Assembly (NCBI RefSeq): GCF_006345805.1
Contig: NW_021835155.1
Span: 1 to 42,719, forward strand
Source: Octopus sinensis
Taxonomy: Eukaryota
Direction: 5' to 3'
DNA: 42,719 bases
Shown: positions 10,681 to 22,679 of the stretch, in pieces
How positions within the stretch are numbered: the stretch's first letter is position 1
Layout of the letters: every line of letters begins with the position of its first letter
Notes under the pieces: generated by a model
The model's database searches: none
Seen by the model: only the letters and a program-made list of their open reading frames with translations
What the model was told of the DNA's origin: nothing
Translations under genes and position numbers: made by a program

Positions 10681-12594
10681 TGTGTGTGTATAGGGAATAC
10701 AGGAAACATTTCTGTTGGAATTTCTGTCATTTCCTCCTCCTATTACTTTGACAGAGATAGTCGTTACGACTGACTACCAAAGTATCTTTCTTGAAGAATA
10801 TAAGGTGAATTTGAAGAAAATAGCATTAGCAGTGAGTCCTCAATGTTATCTGCAGACAATAATCCTATCGTTTCTCTTAATGGCATATCAACTTTGGAGA
10901 ATTCTGACACACACACATACACACACAATACGCACGCACACGCATACGCTCACATATGCACGCATCACGTGGTTTCTGCCTGAAGACCCCCTTTGCACCC
11001 ACAGGCGAAAAAGCCAGAGTAGTTGGAAACCGACTCAACCAAAAGAAAATTTATCAGTTTCTACTATGGTATCGGCTTTTCCCAACAATCGCCTCGAAAC
11101 CGATATGCGTGTGTGTGGTGTGTGTGTGTGTGGTGTGTGTGTGTGTGTGGTGTGTGTGTGTGTGTGTGTGTGTAATTGTGTGTGTGTGTGTGTGTGTGTG
11201 TGTTTCTGTATACGCAAAATACAGCACTTGGAATAAAGTATACAGTGTATTGCAAATAATTTACAACAGATGAGTAAATAACGTAACTGAATGTAACAAA
11301 TGGGTTTTTTTTTGTCAACCCAAAGTCTTTTAGAACGAACCGCCAATGACGTAACAAAATTGCCTTTCTGGCTTGTCTTTCCAAATATTCCATCTTATCC
11401 TTCCATTTTCTTTTTTTTTTTCTTCCAGTGTAGAACATTTTATTATCGAAATTTTAACTAACATACTTATACTTTTGCTGAAAGCATGTTGAATTCATTC
11501 CATTTCAATTATACATACATACATACATACATATATGTATATTTGTATGTATATATATATATATATGAATGTAAATACATTTATCTGTATGCGTGTGTGT
11601 GTGTGTGTGTGTGAGTTTTTGTTTAAATTTTGCTAGCCATGTGTTTTTGTGTTTGTTGGTATTTTGTTGGTGTTATTTTTTTCAACGTTTTCTGTGACTG
11701 AAGGACTTTAAAGGCAGCAGAAAATGTTTGGTTTATTTTATTATTTCCTGATTGATATCTTTGATGTTCCGAAGCAGACATCTTCGCAAGATATTTCTAA
11801 ATGTGTCTGGGCGACGCATGTAGGTTTAAGTTCTTCGTTTTTTGAATTCTATTACTGCAATTCTTCCATCTCTCTGACAAGAGGATATAAATGATGTAAC
11901 AAGTCTTTAACTTCAAACTGTCACTCAATGTCGATATTTCCTGGCAAACGTGACATTTCTCTTTTTTCTCGAACAAATTTTGGCTGTAATGATGAGTTAT
12001 TTTCGAAATCCCTGGCCTCTTAGACATTTCTCTAGCTTAGCCGAAGCCTCTTTCACAGACTCCACTATCGACTTGATGTGGAGCGTTAATAAAACGCTAA
12101 TCCTTTCTGAATCACATGTAACCATAACGGCGATGTTCAGATCTAATTTCTTTTATGTTTAGTGAATACGAGATTGCTGCCGTCCAGGATGAAACACTGC
12201 TTTATCACAAGATCGTTTACTTTACTCGTGGCCGATGGACCATTTCTCAATGCCGCAGTGGTTTTGCAGCTTGGAGTGAGCTTCAGTCATTGGGGGCCAC
12301 ATGTCTCCTATAATTATCCCTGATAGTACAACTGGTATGGTTCTGTGATAAGTTACATAGTTTTGGAATTGAGAAATATAGCGAACGTTTCCGACATCTT
12401 GTGGTAAAAGTTAATTTCTTTAACACTTGTAAACCTGTCTTTAGCAAACCTTAGTTTACTAAAACCCAGATTCAGCTTCCATTAAGCTGTGCAATGATGA
12501 CTATAAAAATGTTCTAACGCCTCCGCAACTACAGTCTCAATAATGTCAGATCCACTGGTGACCTACTCTCCTCCGTTGCCTAAAAGTGGGATTT

Positions 12595-13810
12595 CCTTTG
12601 GAGAAGCTTGTTGAAATCAATGTTATCGTTAAAGACATGAGCGAAGTCTTTAATCGTGTCTGGCATGAAGATCTATCAAAATCTGTTTCCTAATAATTTA
12701 CATTGTCGCGGTTGGCGAAGCTCTTTATGTCCCCGATTTTATCAACTCCGATGTACCACACGGTTGAGTTTTGTCTCCCCACTCTCTTCTTTCTTTGCTG
12801 CAATGATTTACTAACCTGCTACTACATCTCTTCCTACACAGATCACACTATCTTCCATTCCCCACTAATCTTTCCTAACCGCGCATTATCCATTCTCAAC
12901 TGAGACCCTACATCGAAACCAAAACCGATTCCTTGAACAGGCGAAGCAAAAACATCCTCAATTTCGGAGATGCCAGCCTTGCTTTTTCAACTCCAAGCAA
13001 ATACGAGCTCCACTCGTATCCAGAAAACATTATCGTGCTACATATCCCTTCATCAAGCGAAACACTCAATTGAAACGCATTCAATAGATCCAATTGTTGG
13101 TCCACGAATGATTTCTTCTGGTGAAAGCACATGCTTAACATATTTAGGACTGTATTCACCGGCTTTTCTATTTAATGCTTGAGGTTACATCACCTTTCAG
13201 CAATTAATGAACTGCCACAAAGCTCAAGTGAGACCCACCAAAGAGTATTGTACTCACATCTATTTCTTTACTACCCACAAGGGGCTAAACACAGAGGGGA
13301 CAAACAAGGACGGAAAACGGATTAAGTCGATTACATCGACCCCAGTGCGTAACTGGTACTTAATTTATCGACCCCAAAAGGATGAAAGGCAAAGTCGACC
13401 TCGGCGGAATTTGAACTCACAACGTAAAGATAGACGAAATACGGCTACGCATTTTGCCCGGCGTGCTAACGTTTCTGCCAGCTCGCCGCTACATGTCCCT
13501 TCATCTGTACTCACATCTAGGACGGTGCTGTTGCTACAGCATTCGAAAAACTTAGAGACTGCAGCCAGAAAATGGCCACCCAACTGACTGGAATAAAATC
13601 AGTCACAGACATATTTCATCCTCCGGCAAACACTTGTCTCCTCATTCTGTGTCTTCTACCGCTACTACATTGGCCTCTGCTCTCCATAGATGTTCTCGTG
13701 CCAATTCCACTCACGTGTTTCTCTCCCACTCCCATCTAATCATTTCGTCTGACAACCCAAGGCCTGCGCTAACCATTATGCCCAGTCCTTCTTTCTAAGA
13801 ATGTCTCCGG

Positions 13811-13815
<5 letters not shown>
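12595..13815 (+). mobile_element. Decayed CR1/Jockey-group LINE RT fragment interrupted by SINE B
   Basis: DMSEVFNRVWHE (LDxSKAFDRVWH), INSDVPHGxVLSPTLF (PQGS), SYTDH (YADD), KAQVRPTKEYCTHI, FYRYY, SFFLR in order. Confidence 0.8.
13263..13489 (-). mobile_element. SINE family B, full length, 14-bp target-site duplication
   Basis: TGTACTCACATCTA at 13249-13262 and 13506-13519; the LINE frame resumes afterwards. Confidence 0.92.
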
Positions 13816-13847
<32 letters not shown>

Positions 13848-14017
13848 CTCATGTCACTCCCGTAGCTGTTGAGTTACTAAGAGACAAGAAGAACGTTAAT
13901 GGCATCAATTGCTCTTAGTCTTGGACAGTCTGCTAAGGTTACGGACACAACACTTTCCCCTTGACAAAGCAAATATAGAAAATCATCACTTATTCTGTGC
14001 ATCCAGCTCGTAATAAG

Positions 14018-14511
14018 CACACACATACACACACACATGCACACACATACATACACATAAACATACACTCACTCTCTCACACACACACACGCACGCATGC
14101 ACACACACACATGCATACATACACGCACTGGCATGCACGCACGCATACACACACATGCACGCGCACACATACACACACGCACGCACACACACGCAGACAC
14201 GCACCCACGCAGGCACGCACGCACACACATACGCACACACAAGCACACACACAAACACACACGCGCATGCACACGTACGCACGTACACATACACGCACGC
14301 ATTCACGCACGCGCGCACGCACACACACGCAGACACGCACCCACGCATGCACGCACGCACACACACAGCGCACACACAAGCACACACCAAACACACACGC
14401 GCATGCACACGTACGCACGTACACATACACGCACGCATTCACGCACGCGCGCACGCACACACACGGACGCATACACACGCATGCACGGACGCACACACGC
14501 AGGCACACACA

Positions 14512-14541
<30 letters not shown>
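14018..14541. repeat. Compound CA/CACG alternating purine-pyrimidine tract with a 136-bp internal duplication
   Basis: ACGCAGACAC at 14191 and 14327; ATTCACGCACGCGC at 14301 and 14437. Confidence 0.9.
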
Positions 14542-14542
<1 letters not shown>

Positions 14543-15789
14543 TTCACCTTTGCAAGAGCTATCCTCCGTCCAGTGTCCCACAATAAAACTGGAGAGAACG
14601 ACATTGCTGGCCTTCGTCTGTAGACTTGTCCATCGACCAACTTGTTTCCGCAGGTTCTCTATAAGAATTGGATTAAAGGTTTCCAAAAGGCAGCTTTGAT
14701 GTTTCGTTTCCCGTCTCAGACTCTTTTATTATATTCTTTAATCCTATACAACTCACACTTCCGAGTAAATTTGTTGTTCAACCCCAGGTTAGCTCCGATC
14801 AGGCAGTTATGTAACACACGTGTTCTCGCTGCCGAATCCATTCCATGGAGCTGTGCTGGGTTAGGTGAGTGAATGAACAATTTAGGACTCTTTATTGATG
14901 CTATTACTTCAAATTTACCTTAGATTCTACTAGAAGAATACTTTGGTAGTCAATGGTAACGACTATTTCTAACTAAACGAGGAATAGGTGAGAGAAAAAC
15001 CTTATTATTCCATCAGAAATTCTTTCTGTATTCCAGTTGCACGTACGCCATTGATTTTGTAAATTGTGTTATTTCTGTCAAACCGATGGATTTGATAAAA
15101 TTATGTGTGAAATTGTTCTATGAAATCAGTGGGCATAGATCGATAGGTTTATAGTCAGGTATGTAGATATGTAGGTAATTATGTAAGTGTTTGGGTTTGC
15201 GAATGGGTGGGTAGGTGGTGAGGTAGGTAAATATGACTTATTTTATACACGCTTATGAAATTACAAAACAGAACGAATTACGAAACGACAAGAACAAGAA
15301 CAACAAAAATAATGTTTAAAATGGAAGAATAACAACAACCGGAAACATTAAAATCTTCGTCTTTGAATTTACATGAAAACACGGACTTGGAAAAAGCCGA
15401 GCAAATTTGCTTGAAGCACTTTGAGGTCGAGTTGAATGATTGTTGTGCAGACTGAAGAGAATTCTGCATTATTGGTGAAATAGAATTATCACCAACAAAA
15501 TATGTAGATATGTCATAAAACATAGATGAAACCGAGGCAATGTTTATGGAGACGCCAAACGTTTCACTTCATACGATGATGTAATGTCGTTATGTAACTG
15601 CGGCGGAAACGACATTGTCTCTGGCTGCCATTTCTTTTATGTTTTCGCTAAATCAATTTACTCTTTCATACAAATTTATCTGCTCCTTACTTTTTTATTT
15701 TTCAATTTTCTTTTCGCATCCTTGTTTATAGCTTTATGAATCACAATTTAATTCTCATTTCTGAATTGCTCAACAGCTGAAGAGGACAT

Positions 15790-16070
15790 TAGGCACGAGG
15801 CCAGCAATTTTTTTTCGGTGCGGGGTAAGTCGATTACATCGAACCCCAGTGTTTGACTGGTACTTATTTTAACGACCTCCGAAGCATACTATGAATATTA
15901 ATGTTCATATAGATTTAAAGGCGGCGAGCTGGCAGAATCGTTTACACGGCGAGCAAAATGCTTAGCGGTGTTTCGTCCATCTTTGCGTCCTGAGTCCAGA
16001 TTGCGCCGAGGTTGACTTTGCACTGGGGTCAATGTAATCGACTTACTCCCTTCTCAGACCTTGCTGCGTT
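15790..16070. mobile_element. Two old SINE B fragments in opposite orientation (15790-15890 minus, 15918-16070 plus)
   Basis: GTCGATTACATCGA/CTGGTACTTATT block and a GGCGGCGAGCTGGCAGAA head. Confidence 0.7.
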
Positions 16071-17093
16071 CGATCAAAAATTTGAAATCAATATTCATAA
16101 TTTAACAAAATAGGAAGCATTAGTATAATCTATTAGAATAATATTTACGATTTTAAAGTGGAATTCTTCTTTGCTTCCGAGTAAAATGATCACCAACTTT
16201 GGTGTAAAATTCTAGCTTGTTCTGAAGACTATGCAATAATTCATCTTTAATTGATAAATTCCATCACAAAGAAAGTGTTTAAGTAGTTTTACTAAAGGCT
16301 TTCATATCTTTCCCCACTATAGAGTACCATCTTGTCTAGTGGGTAGCATTATCTTATATTTCTTTGGGAAATTAGAGTTAAATAGCAGCTAAACATTTTC
16401 TGTGTTATAAGCGAAGAAATATCTATTAGTAGAGTGTTACATTAGGCTGTTTGAGGGTTGTCTAATCAAATTAAACGGAACCGATTAAAAGAATTCAAAA
16501 TTGTTATGAGAAGTTTTGCGAGCTAAAGCGGGAAGTGACTTTCCTTTGGTAGAAAAAGTCAGCCATTTCACATTTTTACAAAACTGTGATTATATCGTAA
16601 ATGTATTTACCTAATTCTATTTATGAATTAAATTTTAAAGTAAAAACACAAAAAATAAATTTAAAAGAAATGAAAAAAGAGTAACGATTGTAGTAATTAA
16701 ATTTTGTATAACAAATTGCTATATTTCGCTTATTACATTACCATTCTTCGAAATAAAATGAACTGCTATGTAAAATATATTTTTCTGCTTATTTTTCCTG
16801 TTTGAAACTAGTCGTAAATTATAAATATTAAAATAATACTTTCCAATTAAATTGATACGGTAATAATTATGTTTAGTTAATACCCATTCCCCACAAAAGA
16901 AACAACAACAACAACAACAACAACATACACACACAGTACGTTGAACTTTTATTTTTCTGTTGAAGTCTTATTTTTGCCTTTTTTGATTAAAGTCGACTCC
17001 ATCGTTTTCATAATCTCGTGGCTTTTGATCCTGTACAGTAATAAAACACAGATACATAAGACATCATCAGCAAAATAACAATATCATTGTCAG

Positions 17094-18031
17094 GGCGGCG
17101 AGCTGGCAGAAACGTTAGCACGTCAGGCGAAATGCTTAGCGGCATTTCGTCTGCCGTTACGTTCTGAGTTCAAATTCCGCCGAGGTCGACTTTGCCTTTC
17201 ATCCTTTCGGGGTCGATAAATCAAGTGCCACTTACGCACTGGGGTCGATGTAATCGACTTAATCCGTTTGTCTATCCTTGTTTGTCCCCTCTATGTTTAG
17301 CCCCTTGTGGGTAGTAAAGAAATAGGTATTTCGTCTGCCGCTACGTTCTGAGTTCAAATTCCGCCGAGGTCGACTTTGCCTTTCATCCTTTCGGGGTTGA
17401 TTAAATAAGTACTTGTTACGCACTGAGGTCGACATAATCGACTTAATCCGTTTGTCTGTCCTTGTTTGTCCCCTCTGTGTGTAGCCCCTTGTGGGAAGTA
17501 AAGAAATAGGTATTTCATCTACCGTTACGTTCTGAGTTCAAATTCCGCCGAGGTAGACTTTGCCTTTCATCCTTTCGTGGTCGATTAATTAAGTACCAGT
17601 TATGCACTAAATCCCTTTGTCTGTCCTTGTTTGTCCTCTCTATGTTTAGCCCCTTGTGGGCAATAAAGAAATAAGAAACGTTTGCACGCCGGGAGAAATG
17701 CTTAGCCGTATTTCGTCTGCCACTACGTTCTGAGTTCAAATTCCGCCGAGGTCGACTTTACCTTTCATCCTTACGGGGTCGATTAAACAAGTACCAGTTA
17801 TGCACTGGGGTCGATGTAATCGACTTAATCCGTTTGTCTGTCCTTGTTTGTCCTCTATGTGTTTAGGTATTTCGTCTGCCATTACGTTCTGAGTTCAAAT
17901 TCCTTTCATCCTTTCAGGGTCGATAAATTAAGTACCAGTTACGCACTGGGGTCGATGTAATCGACTTAATCCGTTTGTCTGTCCTTGTTTGTCCTCTATG
18001 TGTTTAACCCCTTGTAGGCAATAAAGAAATA
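17094..18031 (+). mobile_element. SINE B pentameric head-to-tail concatemer
   Basis: Full head unit, then units starting at 17326, 17510, 17675 and 17867. Confidence 0.95.
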
Positions 18032-18448
18032 TATATTTACTTCTAAGGTAAAGTTATCCTAAAAAAATGGAAGTGTTTTGAACAAAATGAAAGCGAACCA
18101 GTCTTAATGTATATTCTCGGTTATCAAGTTTTGCTTCACTCTGTTCATTTCAATCCTAAACTTGTCTCATCTCTAGAATTACGCAGAGCTACAATAAATA
18201 ACATTATTATTTTCAATGGAACTAATACAATTATATTTAATAATATTTGAATCGGTAGAAAACAGTTATGTGTTATACTGTTGAAGTGGAGTACTGAGAC
18301 GAGTTTGCGAACTTAATAAGATCATTGATATAAAAATGATTAATAATATCATTATTTGTTTTTCAAATTTCATAAATTAAATTAAATTGTATAAAATACA
18401 GAAAATTACCTCCTTTACTGTATGAACGATGTGAATAAAAGCTTGAAT

Positions 18449-18505
<57 letters not shown>

Positions 18506-18683
18506 TATATATAGATATGTACATGCACATATAAATATACACAAACATACAATTACAGGCGTACGAACACACACATAAAAACACACACATAAAAACACAC
18601 ACGCATAACTGTATCTCTCTCTATTTCTCTCTCTGTATATTGAGGTGTGTGTGTGTGTGTGTATGTATGTATATAAGTATATG

Positions 18684-18715
<32 letters not shown>

Positions 18716-18834
18716 TGGATGTATGTATATATATATATATATATGTATATGTATATGCATGTATTTATGTATGTGTATACGTACGTATGTATGTATGTAT
18801 GTATGTATGTATGTATGTATGTATGTATGTATGT

Positions 18835-18995
18835 TTCCTCTTCCTTTTCTTTCAGACTTTCCTATGTTTCCTGTTTCCGAAGAACAGCTGTGCTCGAAAC
18901 GTAAAAGACTTTTTCATTTTTTCCCGGGCGTCAAACTAATACACTTGCTTGTTTTTCATAACCCTGTCTTCGTCTTTCGTTTTTCGACAAATTTC
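18835..18995 (+). mobile_element. Penelope-like terminal-repeat fragment with a degenerate hammerhead motif (18873-18907)
   Basis: CCGAAGA-A-CAGC-TGT-GCTC-GAAACGT; related to the copies at 27.8 and 29.2 kb. Confidence 0.55.
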
Positions 18996-19969
18996 AAACA
19001 CACACACACACACACACACAATCAAAACAAGCAACAGGATATCTTCTGGATATCTTGTTGCTTATTTTGATTTTAATCACCTTATTGTGAAACTGTATGG
19101 ATAATACCGTACTAAATTCTGGTGCCTCAACTTAAGTACCAAATTCATCTGAATCTAAATTTTTGCTTATACATACATATATATATATATCACATCCGCT
19201 CGCATTTTATCTATATGTGATACATAATAAACAAATATTGACCAATAGCTACTCCATTAAACACATCCACCTACAAACACGCGCGCTTGAACACACATAC
19301 ATTGCATAAATATGTGATGTACCTGATTATATGACTATAGATATGCAGAGGATATCCACGACGCACATCCGAGAAAATCCATTGTTTTAAGATAATATAG
19401 TCGATATAAAACGAAAGAAAAAGAAAGAAACAAAAGTTTGCTGTTGAGTTTCTATTGAAAACTCTGCCGATTAAAGGGACAGATACGCCATATTTAATGG
19501 CGGTTCTCTCATTTATTCGTATCTTCTTGTGTTAGAGATTGCTGGTGTGATCCAGCATTATAACAAACAACGTGATTTAGTTTTCATATATTTAGAAGCT
19601 ATTTTGTTTCGTTCGTTTGCTAGTGGCTGTTATTTTCCGGCAACTGGTATCAGGTGACGGTAGCCATCTATATTAACTCCACTAACAACGACGCTAAATT
19701 TAGAAATAAACAATATTTAGAAATAAACAAAAGGAACACAAAATGGAGCAAAACTAAAAACCAACGAAGATAATAAATCTGGCAACAAAATGATGCGCAG
19801 ATGATAGGAACACGTGACTAAACAGAAACTAAAAACAAACAAAAATAAAACCCGTGAAATTTTATGCGAGTATTAACACCCTTTAGGACTATGTTTATGG
19901 AAATTTGTTGTTTGCTAACGAATCTTAACAATCAAGCATTAACAAGCTTAAAAATCGCAATGTGCATCA

Positions 19970-20024
<55 letters not shown>

Positions 20025-20203
20025 ATATATAGTTTGATATAGATACACACACGTACATAATATAAGTGTGGTATAATGAGGAAGTGACACACACGCACAC
20101 ACACACATACACACACACATGCAAATGCATATATATATATATGTATATAAATGTGTGTGAGCTTATATAAGTACATATGTATGTATCTATTTATATCTGT
20201 AAG

Positions 20204-20250
<47 letters not shown>

Positions 20251-20376
20251 CTGAGTATAAATACATATATATATACATACATACATACATACATATATTA
20301 TATACATATATATACACATAAATATATATATATATATATATAATATATATATATAATATATATATTATATATATAT

Positions 20377-20415
<39 letters not shown>

Positions 20416-20505
20416 CATGCATTCTTATATATAATATATCTGCGGCGGTGCCCCAGCATGGCCACAGCTCATTAGCTGAAACTGGAAAAATCAAAAATCA
20501 AAATG

Positions 20506-20538
<33 letters not shown>

Positions 20539-20539
20539 T

Positions 20540-20576
<37 letters not shown>

Positions 20577-20601
20577 GCATATATGATATATATATATATT
20601 A

Positions 20602-20632
<31 letters not shown>

Positions 20633-20670
20633 CAATATTTATGTATGTATGTATGTATATATCTATATTT

Positions 20671-20682
<12 letters not shown>

Positions 20683-20736
<54 letters not shown>

Positions 20737-20737
20737 C

Positions 20738-20805
<68 letters not shown>
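20683..20805. repeat. (TATC)n / GATA microsatellite
   Basis: Direct inspection; others lie at about 33781-33845, 33975-34025 and 35337-35422. Confidence 0.95.
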
Positions 20806-21513
20806 CTCTATATATATTGATATTGATATATGCATAAATACACACACACACACTCAAGCATCGAAGGATTTTGCAAAGGAGGGACTAAATATAAGGAAAT
20901 GAAATGGTGTTAAAGAAAATGATAGATTTTTAGGGATTAGCCACCTTTGATCTAACGATCCGTTTGTTTTACTCGTTTAACCAGAGCAACCTTCTAACAA
21001 GCTGGCGCGTGTGTGTGTATATAAGAAAGTAAACAAGAAAGAGATGGATATATTCGACGCTAAAGAATCAATGGAATTATTTAAAGAATTAAAGAGACAT
21101 AATAGAAGGTTTTGCTTTTGGAATAAAATGTATCTCAAGGAGAAATCTAATTATGTTATGAGCCACTAATGTTTAAATAAGATGTTACGAGAAAGAGAAC
21201 ACATGGTTTGAAGACTAATGGAATATACTCTTTCAATGAAGATGTATAGGATATCAATTTGTGCGGAAGTTCTATGTGCTTTGTTGTTCTAAGTGCATGA
21301 CCTTTATTTGTCGGGGGATATCGAAACGCAGCTGGAGTGGCTGTGTGGTAAGAAGCTTGTTTCTCAACCTCATGGTTCCGGGTTCAGTCCCACTGTGCGA
21401 CACCTTGGGCAAGTGTTGTCTTCTACTATAACCTCGGGGCCGACCAAAACCTTGTGAGTGAATTTGGTCGACGGAAACTGAACGAAGCCCGTCATATATA
21501 TATATATATATAT

Positions 21514-22032
21514 AATTTTATATAAAATTAATTAAGGGTAGAAATTGATATTTATCAATTAAAACCAGTGGTCTAGCATATTAAAAAAGAATCCGAAGAT
21601 TAAAATATTTATATATACCAATTAAGGACTGAACATGAAAAGTGGACAGTCAACATGCTAGATATAGACGTCAAATCGCCATTCTCCACAAAGATTATGT
21701 TCTCAAATCAAACTCAGCACAAAACCAAAGCAATAAACAAGTGAAAATATACGAAATAAAATAATACCCATGTACTGATCAGTTTCGGTTATTATTATCC
21801 GCAAGGATAACTGTAACTTCTTCAGCATGGTCCGTATTGAATGTAATTTGCTGGACTAGATGCAAAAACGATACCGGAGTGTCGCGTGCATGGAGTTCAA
21901 CCGATTACATTCGAATGTATCTTTCAAATGCCTTTACTTTGGCGCGTTGAGACCCGAAAAAACCAGCCTGCAGCTAATAATTAGCAGCAGTCAATTTATC
22001 GGTTAGAGAACATATTTATTTTATATAAAATT
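21514..22032 (-). mobile_element. About 520-bp insertion, probably a Penelope-like terminal repeat, carrying a hammerhead
   Basis: Bounded by TTTTATATAAAATT at 21516-21529 and 22019-22032; contains the hammerhead listed next. Confidence 0.55.
21768..21830 (-). ncRNA. Type I hammerhead ribozyme motif (near-complete)
   Basis: CCAUG-CUGAAGA-A-GUUA..UUAUCC-UUGC-GGAUAA..UAAC-C-GAAA-CUGAUCAG-UA-CAUGG: 5-bp stem I, long stem II, palindromic stem III (ACTGATCAGT), GUA triplet. Confidence 0.75.
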
Positions 22033-22304
22033 TTCACTTGTTTATATATATATATATATATATGTGCGTGTGTGTTTGTCTCCCCTTCATTGCTTGGCAA
22101 CTGATGTTGGTGTGTTTGTTCCCGTAACATAGCAGTTCAGCAAAAGAGACTGACAAAATAAGTACTAGGCTTACAAAGAATAAGTCCTGAGGTCGATTTG
22201 TTCGACTAAAGGCGGTGCTCCAGCATGGCCGCAGTCAAATGATTGAAACAAGTAAAAGAATAAAAGCATATGTACACACACGCACACACACACACACACA
22301 CACA

Positions 22305-22336
<32 letters not shown>

Positions 22337-22338
22337 GT

Positions 22339-22650
22339 GAAGGTACGCGGCTAAGTTGTCAGGGTATTCGGCTCACGATTGTAAGGTCATGAGTTCGCTT
22401 CCAGGAGGTGTGTTGTGTCCTTAAGCAAGACACTTTAATTCACGTTGCCTCAGTCTACTCAGCTGGCAAAAATGAGTTGTACCTGTGATTTAAAAGGGGC
22501 CAGCCTAGTCGCATTCTGTGTCACGCTCTCTCTGACAACTACACTAAGGGTACGCGTGTCTGTGGAGAGCTCAGCCACTTGCGCAGTAATTTCAGCAGTA
22601 ATTTCAAATCAGCTGGAACCTTCGTCGTCGTAACCGATGGAGTGCCTCGT
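22339..22650 (+). mobile_element. SINE family E, tail variant 1
   Basis: tRNA-like head, GTGTTGTGTCCTTAAGCAAGACAC and CTCAGCTGGCAAAAATGAGT core shared with 24866-25112. Confidence 0.8.
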
Positions 22651-22679
22651 AGGCCGAGCCTTACTCATCAGGCGCCTAG

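Larger units (their letters stand above)
21334..22268 (+). mobile_element. SINE family A split by an insertion in its internal TA tract (head 21334-21493, 3' half 22070-22268)
   Basis: Both halves are collinear with intact copies 23521-23937 and 32081-32489. Confidence 0.88.

Noticed and set aside
13986-14699. Cluster of 127-208 aa ORFs (HTHT/VCVC), and similar ORFs across the window
   Set aside because: Microsatellite translations.
15320-15525. Protein-like plus-strand frame (EQICLKHFEVE, faintly THAP-like)
   Set aside because: Interrupted by stops, only one short motif, no supporting context.
17315-17335. AG|GTATTT at SINE B junctions resembling a splice site (back-splicing)
   Set aside because: The re-entry point in the head is preceded by AGCG, not an acceptor AG, so spliceosomal circularisation does not fit.
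17094-18031. Regularly spaced repeats that could be mistaken for a CRISPR array
   Set aside because: Units are about 184-bp SINE bodies with no unique spacers, no cas genes, and a eukaryotic context.
22645-22672. Minus-strand CTGATGA followed by a good stem (GT-AGGC-TCG-GCCT-AC)
   Set aside because: Followed by GAGG instead of GAAA, and it straddles the RTE/SINE E junction; coincidental.
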